Origin: Lama guanicoe
Lineage: Eukaryota
Assembly (NCBI GenBank): GCA_013239625.1
Contig: MU053653.1
Location: forward strand, 124,001-177,797
DNA length: 53,797 nt
Reading direction: 5' to 3'
This document shows positions 27,401 through 39,400 of this stretch, in pieces; the first letter of the stretch is position 1; each line of letters begins with the position of its first letter. The notes beneath the pieces are model-generated. The model made no database searches. It saw nothing but the letters and a program-made list of their open reading frames with translations, and had not been told where the DNA came from. The translations under genes and the position numbers were made by a program.

Positions 27401-30400
27401 ATCCCATCCGTGGGATTTGGGACAGAAGCTCCCTGAATGCAGTGGAATCCTGCACTGCAAGGCCCAGGCACGGCCTCTAGGCCAGACAGGAGACAGTAGG
27501 AGCCTGTAGGGGAGACGAAAAGATGGGATCCCTGGACTTGAGGGGCAGAGAGATTGGGGCACCCCACACCCAGCTAGCAAACGTGGGCTGATCTAATGCG
27601 CACTGCAGGCTGTGGCCAAAGCACCCGCATCTGAGCCAGGCCTGAGTCCTGCCCTCACTGGCCAGGGGTGATGTGGCTTAAAGTACCTCCTTACCTGGCT
27701 CACAGGGGGTGCAGTCTGACCGCTGGACAGCCCCTCTCTCTGGCTGATAGGTGCCCCTGGGGCAGGGGAACTGAGAAGCAAAGGAGGTGGAGGCAGGACA
27801 GTAATGGCCAGCAGGACACTCGTTCCCCACCACAGAGGAGGTGTTTGCCGGGCAGAAGAAGCTACAGAGGGGACAAGGTGGGAGAACGGGGCTCGGAGAG
27901 CTGCGGTGTTCCTGCGGCACAGAGAAGAGGGGAATGGCCGCCTTCCTCCCACAGCCTCAGCAGCTGCCCTGGGCTGCAGACACAGCTCTCCTGCAGCTCC
28001 AGGGACTGGTGGGAGGGTTTGTGGGGCTTAAATGGCTTAAACTGCAACAAAAGAGACCCAGGTTTGGAATTAGGAATGACTCAGCGATACCCAGCAAAGA
28101 GATCAGAGACACAAAGATGGCAAGAAGCTGTGGAAGTTCTGTGGCTTCTTAATGTCAGCGAAAACTCTTTAGGGAGCGTCTCGTCTGACCACCTCCTGTA
28201 GCAGGAACGCAGACTGTGTGCCAGCTGCACATGCGGGCCCCTGGGATGCCTTTTAGCACTTACCCCTCAGGACAAGGCTCACAGTGGCCCTGGGCAGCCA
28301 GCCCATTGTGGGTGCCTGCTGGGCAGGGCCTGGGGGTACCAGTGCCGGGGGGGCAAAAGTGTCCTGAAAGGGAAGCAGACCCAGCAGGTCAGGGCCAGGG
28401 AAGCCCCACTCCCTGGTGCTTGGAGCGGCCCTGTTCTAAACCCGACTCCTGGAGGGCCCAGAGGCCCCTTGGCCTCTGCCTGGGAGGCAGCCTTGGAGCT
28501 TGCTCCTTCCCCACCTCCGCAGGCTCCTCCTCAGGCCAGCGCCCAAGGATACCTGCAGGGCAAGGGCCACTGGTCCAGTCCTCCAGGAGGCCGTTGGGTG
28601 CGAGGGCCCCACTGAGGCAGTGGAAGCCTGTGCTGCAGAGCCCAGAAGGGCTGGCGAGGCCAGAAGAGCCGCAGTAGTAGCCAGGCGGACATGGGGAGCA
28701 GGCAGCCTGCAGGAGATGACCCCATTAAGATGTACGACTACTTTTGACCTCAGGGGCAGTGCGGTTTGGCTGGATGCAAACAGGCCCTCTCCACACCCAG
28801 ACTTTTCTCCAGACTGGGGTCTGCCTACCTCTGAGCTGAGCTTGAGATGTGGGCTGAAGGTGCCAGGTGGGCAGGGCTGGGGCACGGCCGAGCCCCTGGG
28901 GCAGTAGTGTCCCTGAGGACATGGGCCAGCTCCCTCTGCAACCAAGAGACAAGTCAGCCTGGTCACTGGGAAGGACAGGGTGAGGTGTGGGTTCTCTAGC
29001 AGCTCCACCTGCATCCCTGGTACAGGCTCTGGGCCCAGGGGGAGTCGGTCAGCTGTTTCCCAAGGCACACCTGTCACTGGTGCTGCCTGTGACCACACCC
29101 TCTGCACCTGGCTATTCCACTCCAGCCCATCCGCTCATAGCAATGGGACAGAGGGCACTGGTTGCCATGGGTTGGTGGCATCTGGAAGGGGCCCCTGAGC
29201 GGGGGGGGGTGCTCCCTGGAAAGCTCGTGCCTTAGGGGATGGATGGTGTCTGAGACCGAGGCAGGGGCTCAGCCAGATCACCAGCCACTTCAGCTCTTGC
29301 TGCAGGACCCTTAGCAGACCTCCCTGTGCTGGCTAGTGCACTAACAGTTTTCCTAGTTTCTGGAGCTGCCTCGTGGTTTCTTCCCTTCTCCTCTCCTTCA
29401 CCTCACATGGGCTGTGCTCTGAGTGGCCCGCCACCAGGGCAGCTCGCGGCAGAGGGTGGGAGGCAGCTGGTGGGCTGCTGCTGAGCAGACCGAGCTGTGG
29501 GAGCTGGGGCACGGGCTGTGCATCAGTGACCCCACCCCACAGCACCCGGGCCTCCCCGAGGGTGGTGTGACCCTTGGGGCTCACAGGAAGCTGCAGAGTG
29601 GCAGATAGCTGGACCTGGGTCAGTGGGCCTGACATCCAGCTTGGCTACTGACTGTGTGACCTCAGGCAAAGCAGACCCTATTCCTGAGCCTTAGTTTCCT
29701 TTTCTGTCAGAGGCAGGGGTTGGACTGGATCACAGGATTTTGTCCTTTGGGGCCTGGATTCAGAGCTCTAGGAACTCCATAAAACATAGTGAAAGTGTTG
29801 CCAGAGCTGTTCCAAGTCTTTGCTCAAAACATGCTAACCCCCACCTTTAGCAGGAGTGAACATAAATCTTTAAGTTGAAGAGTCCTGAGATAAGAAAGGA
29901 AGCTCCAAACAAAAAAACCCGGCTGGGACCAAGATGGCAGGGCATCTGACCTCCTCACACGCTGGCTTCACTACATCAGTGTACTGAATGACACAGCTGA
30001 CGGTGGAGGTCACTGGGCATCAAGGATAAAAGGGGGCGGTGCCGCCTCCCCCAGGAAGCCCCGCCCCCTCCGCAGGGGACGAAGGCATCTGCCTCCCCAT
30101 CATGAGCCTCACTCCTCCTTCCTTAGTCTTCTCTCTTTATTATCAAATACCCCTCCTCAGGTGGATGAGAAGCTGATCTATGAACTTAGTTCCCGCTTCT
30201 CCATTCTGTGGCCACTGAATGAAGCTTGGGCTGTGTCGATCTCAGATTCAATTTCGTTATTGGCTACTCGAACCTGAATGGAAACAGAACCCTCCCTGGC
30301 AGAGGCAGAGAACCTTGGCCAGGCTGGGGCCCATATGACTTAATTTGGTAACAAAAGCTTTGGGTGTTTTCCCTGGACATGTTTTCCTGGAAGTGTGTCC

Positions 30401-33400
30401 ATAGATTCCATCAGTTTTCAAAGGACGCTTGGTCCCTAGAAGACTAAAAACACTGGAATAATCTCTCGGCCACGCATGAGAACTGCTTGGGAAGGTTATC
30501 AAAGTGACGTACCTGGGCTGGTCTACACCCCAGAAACTGAGATTGGTGGCTTGCTCCCCTGCCCCCACCTCCCCCCGCACCAGTAGGTACTGGTGCACCA
30601 GCAACTCAGATGCACCACCATGGCACTTCACCATGGCCCTTAAGGTGAGCTTCCTCAGGCCTGGCCAGTGTGGGGTGTGGTGGTCCTTGGGGGTCCCACT
30701 GAGGATGGACAGTGAGTGGAGGAAACAATGCCAGGGCACTGTTCATTGCTGGGCCACAGCGTTCCTTCCCCCAGGAACACGAGAGGCCCAGGACAGGTGC
30801 CAGGTCTCTGGAAAGAACAGACTCCTCAGTCTCTCTGGGTGTACCAGTGAGTGAACGGGGGGCTTTGCATCTGCCCCTCGCCTCCCAGTCGAGGGCCTCA
30901 GGAAACAGGGCAGGGGCTCAACATCCATCAGGGAGGGGTCCATTATCTTCAGTGCCAGCCTCCGGGTTGGGCCGGGTGGACGCTCTGGAGCAGAAGCAGC
31001 CCTCCCAGCACTCCCCGCCAGCCTCTGTGGCATTGGCCCTGGGGCAGAACCTGCCCCCGTCACAGGCTCGACATCCCTGCAGGCTGCTCAGTCCAGGCAC
31101 AGGGCCATAGGTGCCCGCGGGACAGGGCTGCCAGTTGAGCTCTGTCCCTTCAGGGCAGTAGAAGCCTGTGAAGGGGCAGGGACGAGACTAGGGCCTGAGA
31201 AGGCAGAGAAGGGGAGGAAGCCTGGAGGAGGCCGGAGGAGGGAAAGCTCTGGGTGCTGGGCTGGGGCCTCTTTGCTGCAGGACTCCTGCCCAGGAAATGG
31301 AAATGTTCCATAAACTTATTATCATAATGTACAGCCCAAGCCTTTGCCTGAGGGGCCTGGGGGGAGATAACTGCCCTGTAGGCAACTGCCCCCACTCCTC
31401 CCTTCCGCTTTGGACCCTCCGCTCAGTCAGCTGGGCTGGCAGGACACTAACCTCTCGGACACAGCTGTGGCCTCAGCCCTGGGACACAGTAGTGGCCACT
31501 GGGACAGATGTGAAATTTCGTTGTGTGGATACTGGAGGCGTAGGAGCCAGGAGGACACAGAGGGGGGTCAGCCATTCCTGGAGGGCAGAAGTGCCCTGGG
31601 GAGCAGGATCTCCCAGAAAGCCCCTCCACAGGGGTGACGAGGACAGTTCCTCCACTGCAGGAAATGCTGGAAAAAATATGTGCTCTCAGCAGAGAACCAT
31701 GGGCAGCAAATGGACTTTAAGCATGGGCCTGGGACCTTTCCTACCCTGCTCGCTCTGGAAGCCTCCCACCTCATGTCCTCCCACCCTCCAGTCCGGCCCC
31801 CGGAGGGTCAGCCTGGCTCTTCTGAGGGGTAGGGTGGGTGGTGGCAGAGATGAGATGTGCTGCCACAAGTCTGGACACCAGTGTCCTTCCAGTGACCTGT
31901 GCAGAGCAGTCAGATCCCAGCACACGGCACTCAGCACAGCCTGACCTTTGCAGGTCTACAAGTGGCCTGTAGGCCAGTGGGGGTGGCTCCTCCCTGACCA
32001 GTAGGGATTTCCTCCTCTTGCTCTCTGGTAAGAAACCCTGAAACGGAACCAACTCCTCACTCTGTGGACGTGTCCCTTGCTGTCAGAGGAGGCACAGTGT
32101 TTGCCCACCCTGGGTGGTAGGGGGCTGGCCAGATTGGCGGGTGGCCACCAGGGCAGAGTTGCCCTCCAGAGCAGTCTCGACATCCCCTGGGGTTCTGTTT
32201 CCTTCCTCAGACCAGGTTCCAGGGGGGCATCGGGCTGGGACGGAGGCGCCTGTAGAAGTTGGAGTGACAGGTGAAAGAGGCTCTGCGCTCTGCTAGCTCC
32301 CTCTGGCCCCAGGAAGACCTTGGTCTGGGCTGGGCTCCTGTCCCCTGAGCCTCTCCCTCCGGACAGTCAGACCACGGAGGAAATGCCTCCTCGTCTCAGC
32401 TTCCAGAGGGCAGGGACCGGTTCAGTCCTGCAGTCGTCACTGAGTAAATGAAATACTTTTGCCACCCTCTCTGGTGAGGACCGAAGAGGGGGGGAACACC
32501 CAGGCCTTTAAAAAACATCCTGGGTGGGGAGTAATTGAGGCATGAGGTGCCAAGGAGGAAGGCCAGTCACCCAAGTGAGGTTTCCTGAGATCCAGGCTGG
32601 AGGAGGGTTCTTGGAGAGGGGGAAGGTGAGGACTGTTGAGCAGAGTGGGGAGGGCATCGGGGGAGAGGGGGCCTGTGCTCAGCCCTGTACAACTCAGCAC
32701 TGTCCTTCATTTAGGGGCCCTGTGGCCTGTGCTGGAAGAGGGGCTCAAAGCATGTGGAGACCCGCCTTTAACTAGCAGAGAGCTGGAAGGCAGTGGGCCT
32801 TCTGCCCTGCAGTGGTTGGCAAGGCCCCAGAAGTGGTGAGGTACCCTCTAGGCAGTAGTGCCCGGCGGGGCATAGGAGAAGAGGATGAGCTGTCAGCTGT
32901 TCCTGCCATGCCCCTCAACAGCATGAGGACCGTGGCCCCTCACCCTTTCCCCTCTCCCCACCCCCCCCCGCGATGGCCACTGGCCGTAGGAGTCCCTGGC
33001 CTGAATCCAGTCCTAGCAGCCCGGGGCCCTGGTTCAGCAAGGTCCTGAACGGGCCCTCCTCTGTTCAGTACTCAGCTCCTGGGTCAAAGCAGGTGTGCGG
33101 TCTGGGGCAGTTTGAGATTTGCCCTCCTCAGAGACTGTCAACTTTCAGGCCTGGATTTTCCTTATGTATTAAATCATTTGCAGCCATTTTACCCAGAAAC
33201 TGCCCAAACACCCCCAGAAAGTGTCCCCCTCCTTCTGCTTCCCCGAACCAGCTAAGGGGGGGAAGGGTGTGGGGTAGGGCAGAGACACTAAAGATCCTCT
33301 GAGAGAACCCTGAACACAGTGCTGGGAGGGGTGGTGGAGGCGCCTCTGCTGAGAATGGTGACTGGGGTACACTTCTGCTCTGAGGCAGGCGTGCAGCGAT

Positions 33401-36400
33401 GAGACACTCCCAATTCTGGGTGATGTCAGGATCACCTGGAGAACTTCCTAAAGCCAGACAGCTGGGCCCAACCCCACACCTCCTGGCTCTCTGAGGCGGG
33501 TCTGGGGAAGGCAGTGGAAATGCAGCCCCCTTCTAGTCCAGCAAGCCCCAGCTGCCCTGACCCCCATGCTGTCCAGCGGTCCAGGTCCACGTGTTTCCCC
33601 TGAAGCGTCTCCTCCTCAGCCTGGTCTGGGAGCCACCGCTCAAGCCCACCCGCTGCCTAAGGACTTTTCTGCCCCGGAGGACATACCTGTTGGTGCAGTG
33701 AGCCCTGCCCGTGCACAGAATTTCCCAGCAGGGCATGGCTGGCATTCAGCGATGCTCCTTAGCCCCTTCCGAGGGCCATTAGTGCCCAGTGGGCAGCTGT
33801 GGTGTGTGGCTACAGATGTGCCCAGGGGGCAGTAGTAGCCTTGAGGACAGGGGTACAGGCTGAAGTCCTGGATGGGCCCAGCACTGGAGTCACAGTAATA
33901 ACCTGGTCGGGAGTGAGGAACACTCAGGACTCCCCCTCCCTGCCACCCTGGGACGTTTAGTCCTAGCAGGGGGCCATGGAACCCAGTGCCCTGGGAACTG
34001 TGCCCCTGGAGCTCCACTCCCAGCCGCATCTCCTTTGCCAACACCCCTAGGTCTTTTCTGCCTCTCACCTGCTGGGCACTGCCCACTGGGGGCCTGGAGA
34101 CCAGCCTCCTTGCAGTAGAAGCCAGGTGGGCAGGCCTGGCACGCAGAAGGCATGGTCTGCTCCGGTAGGCTGGAGAAGGTACCAGCAGGACATGGTGTGG
34201 GTCTGCACGATGCTGCAGCTGAGAGCACAGGGTGGCCTGGATAAGGGGAGGCCACCGGTCCAGGGAGTAGGCTTCTCATGGGCAGCAGGTGTGGACCCAG
34301 CCTCAGAGATGGGCCTGTAGGACCCATCTCTGCCCAAACTCCCAGAGGCCCGGTCCCCTCTGCCACACACTTAGAGACCCCAGACCCTTTACCTGTGGCT
34401 GGAGGAGCATTACCAGGATTCATATCCCTGAGAGCGAATGAGGCTTCTGGTGCCACAAGGCCACAGCCACTGGTCCTCAGCTGTCCACACCAAATAACTC
34501 AAGCCACAGCAAACACCCCAGGTATATTTTAACCATGTCCCTCTGCAATGNNNNNNNNNNNNNNNNNNNNNNNNNNNNNNNNNNNNNNNNNNNNNNNNNN
34601 NNNNNNNNNNNNNNNNNNNNNNNNNNNNNNNNNNNNNNNNNNNNNNNNNNNNNNNNNNNNNNNNNNNNNNNNNNNNNNNNNNNNNNNNNNNNNNNNNNNN
34701 NNNNNNNNNNNNNNNNNNNNNNNNNNNNNNNNNNNNNNNNNNNNNNNNNNNNNNNNNNNNNNNNNNNNNNNNNNNNNNNNNNNNNNNNNNNNNGGCTGAG
34801 AGTCCAAGAAGACACTCACGGCAGAAGGTTCCGGGGGGGCAGGGGCCTCCTGTCAGCCCATCCTCTGGAGCTGGGGAGGCTGCTCCTTCTGCACAGAAGT
34901 AGCCACCTTGGCAGGGCCCACTGGGTGTGGAGAGGCCTGGGGGCGAGAGTAGACTCACTATGAGAAGAGGTTGATCCTGCAGGGCAGGCTGGGGGCCGTG
35001 CACAGTGTCGGGCCTCGAGGGACTTGGGGCCTCTGGACTGAGGGTCCCACCAGCGGCCAAGCCTGAGTTGAGTGCCTTGTCCCATTCTCCTCTCCATCGA
35101 GCACTGAGACGTGGTACCACTCCTGTCTCACAGGGGCCTGAGGCCCCTGCCAGCAAGCAACCAGGTTCAGTGGACTCGGGCTGGGGCCTTGGCCCCACTG
35201 TGCTCTCCAGGCTGAGAGGGACTGAGAGCTGGGGCAGGAAGAGTCTAGCTCATGTTTGGGTCCCCAGTGACAAGTGGTGTCCAGCCACAGTCGGTTCTCA
35301 GGAAGTGTGCCACAGAGCCCCTCTCTCTGCAGAGACCTGCCCTCCTCCCCGCACTGTTCTGTGTGACCCACCTGAGCTGACTCGACAGTGACGGCCACAG
35401 ATTTACGCAGCACAGCCCTGCCTGTAAGTGCACCAAGCACACCGCGTCGTGAGGCAGGTTCAGGCATCAGCTCTCAGTTTTCAGAGGAAAACCGTGGCGG
35501 CATGCTTGAGTCACACAGCTAGTGAGAGAGGGTCTAGATTCGTGGCAGCTCTCTCACCACCCTGCCTAGCCCGGGTCACAGCACAATGTCCGGAGAGGGT
35601 GCTGGTCCTCACCAGAAGTGGCGCAGAAATATCCTGGGGGGCAGGGTATGGGCTCTGGGCTGCCCTTGGGGCAGAAGGAGCCAGCCGGGCACTTTCCCCC
35701 CGTGGCTGTGGCTGGGCACAGGCAGTTGGTGCTGGTGTAGTTGTCCAGGTCGAAAGGGCGGGCAGTCCACGCTGCCGATACGCAGAACCACCCTGAGGTG
35801 GAAGCCAGCAGGGAAGGGTAAGTGGTGGGGCAGTGGTCCTGGGGGTCAAGGGCCAAGCGCCCCCAGGCCGCAGGCCCACCCCTCCCAGTAGCTGTGCCAG
35901 GGGATAGCCTGAGTCACTCCAGGTCTGGGGACAGAAGGGAGAAGCGCAGGAATAAGTGGGAACTTCTTAAGGTACTTAGGGAAACTCACCTGCATCACAG
36001 GGCCCGGAGGCCTGAGTCAGATTCTCCTGCCCGCAGTAGTGGCCTGGGGGGCAGGGTAGACAGCTGTCCAGGCTCTGGGTGAGTGGGTCTGGATTGTAGT
36101 AGCCCCGAGGGCAAGGGAACTGGGTGGCATACTTGGTGCCTGAGAAGCAAAGTTCAGAGAAGAGGGTCCAGCTTGCTGGAGTCCAGCTGGGCCCAGGGCT
36201 GGGGCGGGAGACAGTGCCACTTGCCGCTGCGTGTGCCCTCCTGCAGGGCCTGTCCCCTCACCAGTCGCTTCCACCGGACCTCCCAGGCTGTGTGGCGCTG
36301 GGCCTGGGGTCCACAAAGCCACTTATCTTCCCTGTGGTCAACTTTACTGGAAGGCATGGGGCCAAACAATTTATAACATATAGGTAATTTTAAATCTTTA

Positions 36401-39400
36401 TTTTTTAGCCAACATAGATCTAATACGGAGTGGAAAGTAAAACTCTCATGAATTTGAAAGATGAGGCAAAGGAAGTGAAGAAACTCCATGTTCAAAGCCA
36501 GCTTCTTTGGGCTTGGCCCAGGGGGGACCAGTCCTCCCCTGGGTCTTTGGGATGGGTGGCGGGAAAGTCTCAGAGGCAGAGAACGTCTGTGTGCTCCTCA
36601 GTTGCCACAGCAGTTTTCAGACTGGCAAGAGCCAAACCCTCTGGCCAAGCCTGGCCCAGGCACTCACCTCTGGGGCAGTAGAAGCCGGCGGGGCAGGGGT
36701 GCTGGCTGTAGGTGGCAAGGTTCTCAGGGCAGTAGTAGCCAGCAGGGCAGGGAAAGCAAGAGGCTTGGCCAGTCAGGTTGCTGTAGGAGCCAGCAGGGCA
36801 AGGCTGGGGGAGGCTGCTTCCCCTGGGGCAGAAGTGGCCTTGGGGACAGGGCCCCCCCTGCTCCGAGTGGCCTGAGGAAAGGAAGGAAGCTGAGTTGGAG
36901 GTGCTGGCCTAGTCATAGCAGAGCATGTTGCAGCCTGGGGTGACCAGGGTGGTGCCACCAGGATGAAAGGGGGACCTGGATTTGGGTCAGAGGCTCAAGG
37001 GTTTTATAAAGAAATAATGCTGATAACTAATGTTTGGATATCCCCTTCCAGATCAAAACACGTGTGTTTACATACATGTTATATCATTAGAGCCTCAGAA
37101 AATCCCTCTTTGGTAGGTGGGCAGTAGTAATGATGCAGCCTTGCTGGGGATGACGACCTGAGAAGGAAACTGACCCTGCCCAGACTCAGGCCCTTTTCCT
37201 GACGTTGCTTATGGTGTCCATTCGAGGACAGGCTCTGTGAGCGCTCACTTTGTAATAACACAGACTTAGAGAGCATAGCTTTCACATGTAGCTGTAACGG
37301 ACCAGGAGGGCTGGTTCTGGTTTTGGTGGGTTGTCCTGGCTGAGCCACCCGGGCCCCCTCCATCACTCCAGCCCCTGCATGGGGGACATGGATTCCATTC
37401 TCTTGCTCCCCTCCTGACATCCAGAACTTAACCTCCCACCCAAGAACAGGACTTCTGCCCCAGGTGTTTTCTGGACCAGTGGAAATGTTAGAGGAGAGGG
37501 ATTTTAAGGGCCCTCGCCAACGCTGCAGCTCTGCTCTGCGCCCAGTCGGACATCCTGAGGATGAGGCACACCCACCGAGGACAAGGGCAGCGGCCACTAG
37601 AGGGAGCCCCTCTGCCTCACTCGTCCTGCTGGGGCGCGGAGGGTCTCCGGCCCCCACACTCAGCTCACCTCTGGGTGGCCCACAGGGCAAATTCTGGTAC
37701 CCATCGGTCTCTGGAAGCTCCCTGGTCCTCCCTGCCCACCTCCTTGCAAATCTGTGACATTCCTGCCTTTAGGCCGATGGGGCCCTGTTTCACGAGATCA
37801 GATGGCCGCGGCGGGCCTGGGGCTGCAGCTGTGACAAGAGCCCTGTGACTGCAGTGCAGGAAGGCAGTGAGCCACTCTGTGAGATGCTGCTGGGCAGAGG
37901 CAGGGGGTGGGAGGCCAGAGGGTCCAAAAGTAGCTGTCAGACCACTAAACACTCGGCCAAGGCTCATCTCCAGGCCTACCCTGCTCACACCCCTCCCTGT
38001 CCTCAGACTGCCCCCACCTAGTCACCTCCCATCACTAGAATGCCTGCCTACCTCTGGGGGTCTGGCCAGGGCAGGGCCTGCTCCTGTCCTGAGAGGACCC
38101 TTACCTGTTGGGTTTGGGGAGAAGACTCCTGCCAAACAGAAGTAGCCAGGGGCGCAGGTTCCAGAGGGGGCAGTGAGGCCAGACGCACCGCAGAAATGGC
38201 CAGGGGGGCAGGACAAGCACTCAGAGGCCCTGGAGAGAAACATCCTGGGGAGACAGAGAGACTCTTGGGGAGCCGGGCCAGGGAGGTGTCCCAGGGCCAA
38301 AATAAGATGGGTCAGGGGACCAGGCACTCTGAGGGTGGAGGGCTGTTCGGGCAGGGACATGCCTTTTTGGGGCCTTTCCACTTCTCCTCTGTAGTCTCCC
38401 TGGGATTCCTCCTGCTTACACGGTATCCAGGGCAGCATCCTGGCAGATGCCTGAGCAAGAGGGTGGCCTCTCTGTCTCTCGCAACAGGCACCTGGTTACA
38501 GTTGTCCTCCTCTATCTTAATCTCCGATTCAAACTCAGGCTGTCTAGGGCCACAGATCTCTGGGTCTGGCAACTACAGTCAGAACACCCAACAGCCTTTC
38601 GGGCACTGGTTCTACTGCTGTCCCCTTGCTCTGGGGTATCCTCTCCCGGGGGGCTGGGAGTTTCCCAGAAGTGGGGAGACAGAGCACTGCTCTCAGGTGC
38701 GACACAGGCAGACATGCGGTGTTCCTAATGCTTTTCTTTCTCGGACATGACTTGTTCTCAAGCTCTCAGCAGTCGGCACTGCCTGCCTTTATTCTGGCCA
38801 GCTCTCTCCTTCCATTGTACTGCTAGTGAGGGGATTTCTGCCCTCACGGGCCACGTGAAACTCCTGCTTTCGAAGACCCGTGATCCTCCATGGAAGAGGG
38901 AGGGGTGTTGGTGGTGAGATGGTCAACACAGGAAGAGAACTAGGAAGAAAACAGTTCTGGGCTGACCCCCATGGGCCTGGGGGCAGTGGCGCTCACCGAT
39001 CCGAGAACGTGCCCACAGGGCAGGGGAGGGGCACTTCCGTTCCCTCTGGACAGAAATGGCCTGGAGGGCAAGGTCCCCCTGTCTTGGCACGGATATCTCC
39101 ATCAGGGTGGGTGACTTCAGCTCCTGCCCAAAGTCAGAGGTGGGTGAGATCACAGAGGAGCCTCTCCCCAGCCAGAGCTGTCACTCAGCAGCCTGTACCT
39201 CATGCATGCTCTGCAGGAGGACATTTCCAGGACGAGCAAGCTGAGTTTGAAAGCTGCAGAGAAGGTACCTCACTCCCCAGGTGGCTCTCAAGCCCAGGTT
39301 CTGCCCAATCCTGATCTCCATGGGGGTGCCGAGTGGTGCCTCAGGTAGGGGTAGGGTCCGGAGATGTGTCCCCTTTTAAACTAATTACGGGTTATCTGGT

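Noticed and set aside
34551..34793. Exon hidden in the N gap
   Set aside because: The flanking exons join in phase and in motif (GTFC-PAAS), so none is needed
10052..38750. Long plus-strand ORFs (e.g. 10052-10939, 11230-11961, 26530-27324, 38040-38750)
   Set aside because: They are antisense shadows of GC-rich exons (GQKWPGGQ is the reverse complement of CPPGHFCP) and show no independent protein features
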